Assembly: GCA_964411345.1 (NCBI GenBank)
Contig: CAYPKP010000002.1
Coordinates: 67,312 to 131,311, forward strand
Length of the DNA: 64,000 bases
Source: an uncultured Rikenella sp.
Lineage (GTDB): Bacteria; Bacteroidota; Bacteroidia; Bacteroidales; VadinHA17
Direction: 5' to 3'
The notes under the pieces are model-generated. The model searched no databases and was not told the DNA's origin. It saw nothing but the letters and a program-made list of their open reading frames with translations. Position 1 is the first letter of the stretch, and every line of letters starts with the position of its first letter. The position numbers and the translations under genes are program-made. Below, one piece after another: positions 32,634 through 42,397 of this stretch.

Positions 32634-35573
32634 TCAGATCTGCATCAGATAATCAACCAGATTAACACTCTGATCAAGCTTCAGCTTTTTCCTCAGCCGA
32701 TACCTGCTGATCTCAACGCCTCGTACCGAGATATTCATCAGGGGGGCAATCTCCTTGGTTGTAACATTCATCCTCAGGTAGCTGCAGAGTCTCAGTTCAC
32801 CGGGGGTTAGCTCCGGATGAAGGTTCCTTAGCCGGGAATGGAACTCCTGATGGACTTCATCAAAGTAACGGTCAAAGACCTCCCAGCTCTTTTCATTCTG
32901 TATATCACGGTCTATCTTACGGCTGATCTTTTTCAGATCAGCTGCCACAGACTCATTCCTGGCATTCTGGATCAAAACTGACAGTTCCTGTTTAAGGGAA
33001 TTAAGGAACTTGTTCTTCTGTATTATGTGATAGGCAGCCGATGTCAGCTCCTTGTTCTTATGCTTCATCTCAGACTGCAACCTTTCGTTCTTGAGTTGCA
33101 TCACCTCTGCTTCTGCTGCCAGTTTCTGCTCCTCAAGGGTCTGCTCGGCCTTTTTGAATGCATCGATCTGCCTGTTCTTCTCCTGTAACCTCACCCTCTC
33201 TATTCTTCTCAGATATAGGTATGTTGAGGCCAGGATGGCGCCGGAAAACAGGAGAAAATAGAGGATCAGCGCCTTGATTGACCTGGAGAAGGGAGGTTCA
33301 ACAGTAAAGCAAAAACGATCCTCAGCACTCACATTCCCGTATATGTTTCTCGCTTTCACCTCGAAACAGTAATCACCCTCGTGCAGATTGGTGTACTCCT
33401 TGCTGTTTGACATTGACCAGTCTGACCACTCATCATCAAAATCCGTCAGGCGATAGCTGTACTCAATGTGTCCGGTATTCTCCATATCCGGAGAGTTGAA
33501 CCTGAAGGAGATATTGTTCCACGCGTAGGGCAATGCAAACTGTTCATCAATTTCATGCTCAGCAAGATGTGAGTTGCCGGAGAAATAGTATAATGAATCC
33601 TCGCCCTTTGAGGAAACAGTGACCCTGTTCACGTAGACGTACATCTCATCGAAGTAGTTCTTGTAGATTGACGGGTCATAGTGAACCAGTCCTTTCTGTG
33701 TGCCTATGAATATATTGGCCGGATCCTGGATATAGATATTGTCAAACGGTGAAACACGGGTATCATTGAGGTCCAGAAACGGTGTCGAGATATTGGTAAA
33801 TGTTCCGTCCTCCAGAAGTCTGAATACACCCATCCCCTCACGGGCTGAATACCACAGATTACGGTTTTGATCTTCCTTCAGGAAATAGATAAGAGTGAAG
33901 TCACTGAAGAAATCATTCAGCTCTTCGGGTTTATAGAAAAGCGCTGTCTGCTCGTCAAACTGGTAAATCCCCTCGCTGGTTGAGATGAAAAATTCGCCTG
34001 ATCTGGCATGCAGAATGTAGGGCAGCGACTCAGGCAGATTGCTGGTGCCCCTGTATTCCTTCACATAGACAACAGAGTCAAGGCTTTCATTGAGATGGAT
34101 CCGGAAGAGTCCCAGGTACCCATGGCTCATCCAGAGCCGGTTGTCATCACCCAAAATCAGGTCCTTGGATGAGACCTCAAACCCCTGAACCCTGTTTCTG
34201 AACCTCCATCTTCCATCCCTGCCTTTTTCAAGGATTATCAATCCGTCATAGGTGCCACTGAGCAGCAGGTTGTCACGACCCGGGATCGGCTTGAAGTTCC
34301 AGACACCCCTGCTGTTGGTAAGCTTCGTGGATTTTGTCCCTTCAATTGAATATGCCCCGTTGTGATGCCCGCAAAGAAGCTGTCCGCCCGCTACTGTCAG
34401 ATCCCAGACCTGTCCTTCCATGCCTTCAACAAGGTCATACTCGATGTTTATGTGGCTTCTGATCTTGCCAAGCTCCTTGGTAAAGAGACCCTGGTTGGTT
34501 CCGATATAGAATCTGCCGTTATGGATTGCAGTGGCGTAAGTGGCAGCAATATTGAAATTGTCATTAATAACTGATGTCGGGAGACTTGACTTGAGAAAAT
34601 CAATCCCGATGTCAAGTCCAAGCCAGACATTATCCTGACGGTCAACAAACAGTGACAGAACGGTGTTGTTTTGCAGGCCGTTGGATCTGCTCAGATGTTC
34701 CTGAATCTCCCCTCTCTCATTCACCACAAACAGTCCGCTCTTTATGGTTCCGAACAGGTAGGTGCTATTTTGAACTGACCCGCAATAAAGCTTGGATGTT
34801 TTAAGCTCTCCGGAAATTTCGGTATCCCAGGGTTTCATGATCCGGCCTGAGAGCACAAAGAGCCCGTTGTTCATTGTTCCAACAAGAAGATCGTTCGCAT
34901 TTACCGGAGTGAGTGACTGAATTTCATCCTGAGAGAACAGGCGGTCATCAGTTACAGTCTCAAGGCCGCCGTCAACCAGCATCCTCAGTCCCACCCCTAT
35001 CTCAACTACATAATAATTATTATTGACGTAGAAGGAGTTGCCGAACCTCTCCACGGGCCTGATAACATGAACAGCGTTGTTCTTGTAGATGAAGATGGAT
35101 TCAAAACTCTGGAAAACGACCCCGAACCTGGTCTGGTAAATGTTCCATACATCATCAAAATTCCTGGCATTTTCGGGTATAAGATGATTCAGGGAACTAT
35201 ATATGATTCCTGCTTCGGCTGATCTTTCAAGAACGCCTATTTCGTTATATGCACCGACATACAACCTGTTGTCAGAACCGAATGCCAGCGACCTTACAAT
35301 CGAACTGTTGGATACAGGAAATGTCTCCCAGTCCTCCCCGTCAAATCGCAGTATACCGTTATTATTGGCGACATAGATATTTCCCTGCTTATCATCAACG
35401 ATATTCCAGTTCTGGGTCCCCCCCCTGTACTCATTTCTGTCTATGTTCCATATTTCCGGGACCCCGATGGATTTAAACTGGCCGGAGAGGCTAAGCGTGG
35501 GGAATATAGCCAGCACCAAAATTATTCTCCTGCAGTCAGACAGTAACATGGCTGTAAATGATTGAACTGTCAT
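32634..35573 (-). CDS. membrane-spanning sensor-regulator: periplasmic beta-propellers + Y_Y_Y domain, one TM helix, coiled coil, LuxR/GerE-type HTH (no kinase or receiver domain)
   Basis: 979 aa. The N-terminal ~750 aa have the repeated propeller pattern of two-component-regulator propeller/Y_Y_Y proteins (...YSYRLTDFDDEWSDW...). TM helix ALILYFLLFSGAILASTYLYL. C-terminal LTPGELRLCSYLRMNVTTKEIAPLMNISVRGVEISRYRLRKKLKL is a LuxR-type HTH. No H-box or HATPase motifs seen. Confidence 0.8.
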   Translation of the reverse strand: MTVQSFTAMLLSDCRRIILVLAIFPTLSLSGQFKSIGVPEIWNIDRNEYRGGTQNWNIVDDKQGNIYVANNNGILRFDGEDWETFPVSNSSIVRSLAFGSDNRLYVGAYNEIGVLERSAEAGIIYSSLNHLIPENARNFDDVWNIYQTRFGVVFQSFESIFIYKNNAVHVIRPVERFGNSFYVNNNYYVVEIGVGLRMLVDGGLETVTDDRLFSQDEIQSLTPVNANDLLVGTMNNGLFVLSGRIMKPWDTEISGELKTSKLYCGSVQNSTYLFGTIKSGLFVVNERGEIQEHLSRSNGLQNNTVLSLFVDRQDNVWLGLDIGIDFLKSSLPTSVINDNFNIAATYATAIHNGRFYIGTNQGLFTKELGKIRSHINIEYDLVEGMEGQVWDLTVAGGQLLCGHHNGAYSIEGTKSTKLTNSRGVWNFKPIPGRDNLLLSGTYDGLIILEKGRDGRWRFRNRVQGFEVSSKDLILGDDNRLWMSHGYLGLFRIHLNESLDSVVYVKEYRGTSNLPESLPYILHARSGEFFISTSEGIYQFDEQTALFYKPEELNDFFSDFTLIYFLKEDQNRNLWYSAREGMGVFRLLEDGTFTNISTPFLDLNDTRVSPFDNIYIQDPANIFIGTQKGLVHYDPSIYKNYFDEMYVYVNRVTVSSKGEDSLYYFSGNSHLAEHEIDEQFALPYAWNNISFRFNSPDMENTGHIEYSYRLTDFDDEWSDWSMSNSKEYTNLHEGDYCFEVKARNIYGNVSAEDRFCFTVEPPFSRSIKALILYFLLFSGAILASTYLYLRRIERVRLQEKNRQIDAFKKAEQTLEEQKLAAEAEVMQLKNERLQSEMKHKNKELTSAAYHIIQKNKFLNSLKQELSVLIQNARNESVAADLKKISRKIDRDIQNEKSWEVFDRYFDEVHQEFHSRLRNLHPELTPGELRLCSYLRMNVTTKEIAPLMNISVRGVEISRYRLRKKLKLDQSVNLVDYLMQI

Positions 35574-35659
35574 TTATCGGGCGGATTCATCTCCGGGCAA
35601 TAAAATAAAAAGAGTCATTGCCTGCCCGCTCAAAGGCAGGCAATGACTTGCATAATCAA

Positions 35660-37399
35660 CTATTTATGGATACCCTCCACATGAGGTCCTGACAATTCGT
35701 CAAAGTAGAATGAATGGGTGCCGTCACCCACGCCGGGATTGCACATGATCCTCACCACATTGTAAAAGTCATGGTTGAAATTGTCATCCGCGACGATGTT
35801 TGATGTGAAGATATCTCCTGTCCAGTCCCATCCGGCGCCAACACCGTTGAAGTCATACTCTGCCACTTCCCAGGTGTTGTCCTTCTGGATTGTATATATC
35901 AGGTCATAGGTTCCCGTCTGCCATGCATTGCCGCCCTTGTCGGTATTTTCCAGCTTCAGGAGTATCTGATCCCCGGCTTTCCCGTAGACCATGACCTTGA
36001 ATACCTGTTGCAGCCTGAGGTCAAACCTGAAGCCCGCGCTTAGCTGCATATAGGCATTGGCCCACTGGTTGTTGGTCTTGGTGTAGTAAGCCACCTTTGC
36101 CGATTTGTTCGGATATTCCTTGTACGGGTTGTCAACAGTGGTGACACTGCAATCCTGTCCCAGCACCGGGAAGACCTGCACCTCGCTGAAATCGTTGTAA
36201 ACGATCATCATGTCAAGCAGGAACTCCACATATGCCGAGTTGTTGTTGGCCAGCACAACCTGCTGAGTACCGGTGAGCACCCCGAGGCTGGAGTTGATCT
36301 TTGCAGTAACGTTATATGTGCCTTTACGCATGTATACATGATTTACCACCTCATCCTTGCCTCCGGTAACCTCATCACTGCCGTCACCGAAGTTCCAGGT
36401 GATGCCGGTAACACTCTGGCCTGCCGGAATAGAGTAGTCCGTAACAGAGCAGGCTACATTGTTATCAGTGCCCTCCGTTGCGTTAACTGTATAGGTTATC
36501 GTAGGTTTCACATAGCCGGCCGGTATTAACTGATAATGCCAGGCATTTCCATCACCTCCTATGGCAACCATAACCAGCAGGTTTTCTTCAATATTCAGGA
36601 TCTCATACTTCCCGCCTACAGCTCCTACATCAAAAATTGGGAATATCGGTTTTGTGCTCGACAATGTGAGGTATGATTTTCCGCCGCTTTCCTCAATGAA
36701 CCAGGTTCCGGGTTCAGGAGTAAAAGTAACTTCATAGTCAGTATCATTCTGAACAGGGTTGCTGTATGCCGGATCAGAAATCCTGAAGTCTTTGACATAA
36801 CTCTTACCCTTGTTCAGGTATGTTGCAGCAAATCCGTCAATTTTGAAGTTGATCAGATCATCATACAATACCTTAACGCCCTGTTTTGCCAGAGGAGCGG
36901 CTGACCACCATTCAAGTCCGGCGCCACCGGGAGCTCCGACACCGAGGTGGCCCTGAGCCATGCTGTCCAGCGCCCAGGTTTTACCATCGAGGTCATCAAT
37001 ACCACCTGACAGGAAAATGAATTTAGGATCGGTGAATATTGCATAATCTGTTTCAGTCTGGGTCAGCATCTTGGTGATCGTGGCCATACCACCCCTCGTG
37101 ATCAGGGTCAGCTTTACAGTATAGTCCCCGGGCATCGGATACCTGACAACATTTGACTTGCCGCTTCCCTTGGCTCCGTTGCCGAAGTCCCATGAGGCAA
37201 TACCGGTAACGGATGAGGTGTTTGTGATCACAAAGTTGAATTCGTCACTTCCTGGTGCAATGGAGAAATCAAGCTGGTCAGCCGTCGGAGGATTCCCGAT
37301 ATCGGGCTTATCCGCCAGCTGAGGTTCACAGGCAGTTATCATCAGCAATAGTGCCAGGACGCCTGTCAGTCCGGATAAATGTTTATACAGTTTCATCAT
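35660..37399 (-). CDS. PKD-domain surface lipoprotein (candidate SGBP downstream of susD)
   Basis: Lipobox LLMITACEPQLADKPD. Two PKD-like segments (WDFGNGAKGSGKSNVVRYPMPGDYTVKLTLI and WNFGDGSDEVTGGKDEVVNHVYMRKGTYNVTAKI). It is located immediately after susD. Confidence 0.75.
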   Translation of the reverse strand: MMKLYKHLSGLTGVLALLLMITACEPQLADKPDIGNPPTADQLDFSIAPGSDEFNFVITNTSSVTGIASWDFGNGAKGSGKSNVVRYPMPGDYTVKLTLITRGGMATITKMLTQTETDYAIFTDPKFIFLSGGIDDLDGKTWALDSMAQGHLGVGAPGGAGLEWWSAAPLAKQGVKVLYDDLINFKIDGFAATYLNKGKSYVKDFRISDPAYSNPVQNDTDYEVTFTPEPGTWFIEESGGKSYLTLSSTKPIFPIFDVGAVGGKYEILNIEENLLVMVAIGGDGNAWHYQLIPAGYVKPTITYTVNATEGTDNNVACSVTDYSIPAGQSVTGITWNFGDGSDEVTGGKDEVVNHVYMRKGTYNVTAKINSSLGVLTGTQQVVLANNNSAYVEFLLDMMIVYNDFSEVQVFPVLGQDCSVTTVDNPYKEYPNKSAKVAYYTKTNNQWANAYMQLSAGFRFDLRLQQVFKVMVYGKAGDQILLKLENTDKGGNAWQTGTYDLIYTIQKDNTWEVAEYDFNGVGAGWDWTGDIFTSNIVADDNFNHDFYNVVRIMCNPGVGDGTHSFYFDELSGPHVEGIHK

Positions 37400-37417
37400 T
37401 CTTCAGTTTTAAGTAAT

Positions 37418-39028
37418 TCATAACCCCACGTAGGCCGGAACCATCTGCTTGAGTACGCCTGCGTTCATATTCCTGATCTCGCCGGCAGGAATCGGGAACA
37501 TACCCCATGAGTCGGCTTTGAAGCTACGGTTTCCGAAGTCAGCTGCATTTGGAGTACCTGAGGGAACCACGAAGCTTGCGTTGACCATCTGCTCGGAGTA
37601 GGCGAGTCCTCTCCTGAGGAGATCCCACTTCCTGAGCCCCTCGCCCCCGAATTCCACACGTCTTTCATGGTAGATGTCATCAAGGGTTATGGTAACCTTG
37701 GCTGCTGCTTCACCCAGAGCCCTGGTCCTTACCCTGTTATAATACCCTGCAGCCTTGCCGGGATCATCTACCAGCCATACCTCTGCTGCCATCAGCAGCA
37801 CATCGGCAAACCTGATATCCATATGGTTGCGCGGGAAGTTATGACTCGGATCGCCGCCCGAGCCCTGGTAGTCAGCACGCGCCATATACTTCCTGTTGAA
37901 GTAGCCGGTGTTCATGAAGGCCCGGTTATAATCGGTCAGGAGCGTTTCGGCATCATAGAGGGTGACATATTTCCTCGGGTCGCCGGGTTCAAATGCATCA
38001 GCCAGGCTCCATGTGGGAATGGAAAATGACCATCCCGGGAAAACGGTGGCGTCACCCTGGGGGTTACGCACACTGATCCATACGGATGAGAAGTTGCCGT
38101 TTATGTTCCAGCCTCCCCAGTCGCCTGATTTTGCCTTGTCCGAATACTGAATCTCGAGAACAGCTTCATTGTTGTTCTGGTTATCCCAATCGAACAGGTC
38201 GGCATAGTCAGGCACAAGTGAATACTGTTCACTGAGGATCACCTGGTCGAGGGCCGACTGCACCCATGCCTTGTTGATGGTTGTGGTTCCGTCACCCCAC
38301 TGTTCTGCCGTAAGACCCAGTCCGCTTATGGCACTCATGCCTGTGTGATAGAGGTATATGCGTGCTGCAAGTGCCTGTGCGGCGCCTTTGGATACCCGCC
38401 CTTTCTCTGCTGCAGTGACGGTCACCGGCAATGCTTCAACGGCATCAAGAAGATCTGAAGCTATCAGGGTAAAGATATCGTTCGGAGTGCTCTGTTCAAC
38501 GTTCTTGTACTCTTCCACATCGGGTAGTACCTCAGTTATCATGGGCACCCATCCGTAATGACGGACCAGGTCCCAGTAGAAGTATGCCCTCAGGAACTTG
38601 ACTTCACCCTCAAAACGTGCCTTGAGGCCGTCTGTCTCCCATGCTATATCCTCCTGCTTCTGCAGGTAGAGGTTCGCCCTGTAGATACCTGAATAGCAAC
38701 GGTTCCAGAGATCAGAAGATGAGTTGTTCTCAGGTTCCATCTTGAACATCTCCATATCCTGCCACTGGCTCATGTCCGAAGCATCGGATCCGCCGCAGAA
38801 AGCATCGTCGGACCATATATCCGACATGGTGGGAACAAACTGCCAGTTCTGTACGGAGTATGCATCATATACCGCCGTGACAGCGAGGAAGGCATCTCCC
38901 TCAGTTTTGTAGTAGTTGGCTTCTACCTGGCCGGTCTTGGGCTCAAGCTCAAGGAACTCCTGGGTACACGATGAGCCTGCAACCATCACAGCCAGAAAGA
39001 AGAGACCATATAATATTGACTTTTTCAT
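37418..39028 (-). CDS. susD: SusD/RagB family nutrient-binding outer-membrane lipoprotein
   Basis: Trimmed to ATG 39028 (cat 39026-39028), giving MKKSILYGLFFLAVMVAGSSCTQEF. SusD-like TPR-rich sequence (RAYFYWDLVRHYG, RIYLYH...), starting 19 nt downstream of susC. Confidence 0.9.
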   Translation of the reverse strand: MKKSILYGLFFLAVMVAGSSCTQEFLELEPKTGQVEANYYKTEGDAFLAVTAVYDAYSVQNWQFVPTMSDIWSDDAFCGGSDASDMSQWQDMEMFKMEPENNSSSDLWNRCYSGIYRANLYLQKQEDIAWETDGLKARFEGEVKFLRAYFYWDLVRHYGWVPMITEVLPDVEEYKNVEQSTPNDIFTLIASDLLDAVEALPVTVTAAEKGRVSKGAAQALAARIYLYHTGMSAISGLGLTAEQWGDGTTTINKAWVQSALDQVILSEQYSLVPDYADLFDWDNQNNNEAVLEIQYSDKAKSGDWGGWNINGNFSSVWISVRNPQGDATVFPGWSFSIPTWSLADAFEPGDPRKYVTLYDAETLLTDYNRAFMNTGYFNRKYMARADYQGSGGDPSHNFPRNHMDIRFADVLLMAAEVWLVDDPGKAAGYYNRVRTRALGEAAAKVTITLDDIYHERRVEFGGEGLRKWDLLRRGLAYSEQMVNASFVVPSGTPNAADFGNRSFKADSWGMFPIPAGEIRNMNAGVLKQMVPAYVGL

Positions 39029-39047
39029 ATTTCTGTTGTTTTGCATG

Positions 39048-42000
39048 TTAGAATGTAACACTGATACCGGTCATGATGGTACGGGGCTGCGGATAAATAC
39101 CGCGGTCAATGCCGTTGTCAAACACTCCTCCTCCGATTTCCGGATCATAACCCGTGTATTTGGTGAAGGTGTAGAGATTCTCTGCTGAGACGTAGAGACG
39201 CAGTTTGCTGATGCTGACAGCATCAGTCAGGCTCTTTGGCAGAGTATAGCCCAGCGTTATGTTCCTCAGTCTGACAAAGCTGCCATCCTGGATGTAGAAG
39301 TCGCTGACCGTCTTTCCGTTCAGGTTGTTGTCCACAAAAGTGACGCGCGGATAGAAGTCCGAAGTTCCTTCGCCGGTCCAGCGGTTCAGCCATTCGGCTT
39401 TGTAGTTGGTGCCGTTCATGTCGTACCTCCTGGTGGCACTGTAGATCTCCTGTCCCAGGGCTGCATACAAGAACATGTTGAAGTCGAACCCGTACATCTC
39501 GGCGCTAAGGTTAAGCCCTCCGGTAAAATCAGGGAACGGACTGCCTATCTGAACCCTGTCGGCGTCACTGATGGTACCGTCCTTGTTCTCATCGACAAAT
39601 TTAATATCACCGGGCTGGGCGTTGGGCTGTATCTTCGATCCGGTGGAGCTGACGTAGGAGTTAATCTCTTCCTGGGTCTGGAAGATCCCGTCTGTCTTCA
39701 CTCCGTAGAAGACTCCCATTGGAGTGCCTATCTCTGCATATATTATGCCGCTCTGACCGAAGCCACCGTCACCGCCCTGAAGCCTTTTCTCGGCGTTCTG
39801 AATGTCAAGCACTTCACTTTTGTTGAAAGCGCCGTTGACCGAAGCACTGAGGTAGAGTTCGCCAAACTGCCTGCGGTAGCTGATCTCTGCCTCGATACCG
39901 GAGTTCTGTACAGAACCGCCGTTGATGATCGGGGCCGAGTTGCCAACGAGCATCGGAACAGGTGCCGTTACCAGCCAGTCCTTGGTCTTCTTGATATAAT
40001 AGTCAAGAGTGACGGTCAGACTCGTGCCGAGGGTTGTAAGGTCGATACCGAAGTTCGTCTGCTCGGATGTCTCCCACTTCAGTGAGGGGTTGGCTATCCT
40101 GGTAGGCTGCGTGCCGTTGTATTGCGTCTTGCTGTCACCGAAATAATAGATGTTCTGGTTTCCGATGACCGATGTATACCCGAAGTCTCCGATGCTCTCA
40201 TTACCGTTCTGGCCCCAGCTGGCCCTTAACTTCAGAACATCAATGAAATTGGTGAGGTTATCCATGAACGGCTCCCGCGAGATCACCCATCCAACAGATG
40301 CAGAGGGAAAATATCCGTATTTGTTCTCGTCGCCGAACCTCGATGAGCCGTCACGCCTGATTGTGGCAGTCAGCATATAGCGGTCGAGCAGGTCATAATT
40401 GACACGGGCAAACAGTGATGCAACGGTATGCTCCGAATACCCGCCGCCTGCATTTGCACTTTCCGGGTCAGTGGCATTGTCAAGGTATGAATGCTCAAAA
40501 TCGTCAAAGATCAGATCGTTCTTTGAACCCCACAGATTTTCATACATATCCTTGAATGCGGTAGTACCCGCCATAAGAGTCAGGTTATGGACGTCAAACG
40601 ACTTGGAGTAGGTAAGCACATTCTCGAAGTTCCACCTCGAATAGATGTCAATGCCTTTGTAGGCTTTGTCAATGACGCTGAAGTGCATTGCATCAAGATA
40701 GTATTCCGGAGTGTAGGTGTCGGTGTTGACCATGGCATATTCACCGCCGAATGATGTCCGGAACACGAGTCCTTCAAGCGCCCTGGCAATCTTGCCAAAA
40801 TCAAATTCCCCGTAAAGGTTGCCTATTAATTTATATGTCCTCGTATTGGAGTTGTTGTAACTGATCATGGCAATGGGGTTCGTGATCTCCTGCAATCCGA
40901 TGCCATAGGCCTCCGGTGTTGCCCATGATCCGTCTGAGAACATCACCGGCACTATGGGAGGCATATTCAGCGCCTGGTTGAGTCCCAGCCCGAAGCGGTC
41001 GTTGGTGGCTATACCCTTGCTGGTGATGCCGACAAGGTTCACGTTGCCGCCCAGCTTGAAGAATCCGAATGTGCCGGCTGCATTAAGCCTGTAGCCGATT
41101 TTCTCAAAGTTGGATTTCCCCTTTGCCACAATACCGTCCTGGCTGAAGTAGTTTATTGATGATGAGTATTCCAGCTTGTCGCTCCCTCCCATGAATGAAA
41201 GTGAATGGTTTTGTTTGGGGGCGTTGTAGTAGAACATCTCATCCTGCCAGTCTGTATCAGCGGTGAAGCCCTCAATCTGTGCGGCGGTGAATTTTGGTCC
41301 CAGTCCGCCGTTGATGGATGCTTCATTGGTAAGCATGATATACTCATCAGCATTGAGCATGGGAATCTTCTTCCATGGATTCTGGAAACCATAGTAACCG
41401 TCGTATGAGACTGTGAGCCTTGTGTCTGTACGCCCGGTCTTTGTAGTAATGAGCACAACACCGTTTGCACCGCGGGCACCGTAGATGGCTGCCGAGGCAG
41501 CATCCTTCAGGACTTCGATGGATTCAATGTCGGATGCATTGAGGAAATCGGTTCCTGCACCGCTCATGGGAAGGCCGTCAATGATGTATAGAGGCTCGGC
41601 ATCACCGTTGGTGCCGGCACCCCTGATGCGCACGGAGATCTGCGATCCGGGCTGACCGGAATTGGCAGTAATGACCACCCCGGCAGTCTTTCCCTGCAAT
41701 GCCTGAGTGACACGCATGTCTGCCGCCTTGCGCAGATCATCACCGTCGACCTTTGCAATAGCCCCGGTGACGAGGCTCTTTTTCTGAGTGCCGTAGCCCA
41801 CTACAACTATCTCGTCAATCAGCTCCACATCAGGGGCCATGACGATATCATAAGCAGCGCTCTCCGTCACTACTATCTCCTGCGTCTTCATTCCCACAAA
41901 GGAGAAGACGACCGTTGAGTTCATGGGTACATTGTCAAGAGTGTAGTACCCGTTGATGTCAGTCATTGTTCCGGTTGTAGTGCCCTTTACGAAAACACTC

Positions 42001-42119
42001 ACACCCGGAATCGACTGACCGTCGTCAGCTGACGTTACAACCCCCTTTATCTGCACTCCCTGAGCATTCAGCCCCAGGGTAAATGCAATCAATAAAAGGG
42101 TCATGATTGTCTGTTTCAT
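39048..42119 (-). CDS. susC: SusC/RagA family TonB-dependent outer-membrane transporter
   Basis: 1023 aa. CarboxypepD_reg-like N terminus (IKGVVTSADDGQSIPGVSVFVKGTTTGTMTDINGYYTL), plug region IVVVGYGTQKKSLVTGA, and a C-terminal ...IMTGISVTF. Confidence 0.95.
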   Translation of the reverse strand: MKQTIMTLLLIAFTLGLNAQGVQIKGVVTSADDGQSIPGVSVFVKGTTTGTMTDINGYYTLDNVPMNSTVVFSFVGMKTQEIVVTESAAYDIVMAPDVELIDEIVVVGYGTQKKSLVTGAIAKVDGDDLRKAADMRVTQALQGKTAGVVITANSGQPGSQISVRIRGAGTNGDAEPLYIIDGLPMSGAGTDFLNASDIESIEVLKDAASAAIYGARGANGVVLITTKTGRTDTRLTVSYDGYYGFQNPWKKIPMLNADEYIMLTNEASINGGLGPKFTAAQIEGFTADTDWQDEMFYYNAPKQNHSLSFMGGSDKLEYSSSINYFSQDGIVAKGKSNFEKIGYRLNAAGTFGFFKLGGNVNLVGITSKGIATNDRFGLGLNQALNMPPIVPVMFSDGSWATPEAYGIGLQEITNPIAMISYNNSNTRTYKLIGNLYGEFDFGKIARALEGLVFRTSFGGEYAMVNTDTYTPEYYLDAMHFSVIDKAYKGIDIYSRWNFENVLTYSKSFDVHNLTLMAGTTAFKDMYENLWGSKNDLIFDDFEHSYLDNATDPESANAGGGYSEHTVASLFARVNYDLLDRYMLTATIRRDGSSRFGDENKYGYFPSASVGWVISREPFMDNLTNFIDVLKLRASWGQNGNESIGDFGYTSVIGNQNIYYFGDSKTQYNGTQPTRIANPSLKWETSEQTNFGIDLTTLGTSLTVTLDYYIKKTKDWLVTAPVPMLVGNSAPIINGGSVQNSGIEAEISYRRQFGELYLSASVNGAFNKSEVLDIQNAEKRLQGGDGGFGQSGIIYAEIGTPMGVFYGVKTDGIFQTQEEINSYVSSTGSKIQPNAQPGDIKFVDENKDGTISDADRVQIGSPFPDFTGGLNLSAEMYGFDFNMFLYAALGQEIYSATRRYDMNGTNYKAEWLNRWTGEGTSDFYPRVTFVDNNLNGKTVSDFYIQDGSFVRLRNITLGYTLPKSLTDAVSISKLRLYVSAENLYTFTKYTGYDPEIGGGVFDNGIDRGIYPQPRTIMTGISVTF

Positions 42120-42127
42120 AGATTTGA

Positions 42128-42154
42128 ATTAGAGGTTAGAGATTAGAGGTTAGA
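42128..42154. repeat. 13-nt tandem direct repeat in the susC 5' leader
   Basis: attagaggttaga occurs at 42128-42140 and again at 42142-42154 (period 14). It lies 9-35 nt upstream of the susC ATG. The mRNA sense is UCUAACCUCUAAU x2. Confidence 0.85.
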
Positions 42155-42240
42155 TTTATGTTGTAATTCCTGTCTCGCCGGCCAGGCCTTAGAGATTGTG
42201 TAAATATACATTACTGATTACTCTGAAACATAGAATGCAT

Positions 42241-42258
42241 TACATCAAAAATACTACA
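42241..42258 (-). promoter_or_regulatory. susC promoter candidate (-7 box TATTTTTG within TGTAGTATTTTTGATGTA)
   Basis: The plus strand reads tacatcaaaaatactaca, and caaaaata (42246-42253) is TATTTTTG on the minus strand. It lies 122 nt upstream of the susC ATG in an AT-rich island. Its flanks match the element at 32224-32240. Confidence 0.5.
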
Positions 42259-42397
42259 ACAGCTATTGTTGGCCAACTCATCAGTTATCAATTATGTCAT
42301 ATATTATAATACTGATATAAAGTGTGTTAATACACAGCAATTAGTATGATGACTTACATCTGATAATAAAAAATGATACTACAAAGGGGATCTCACT

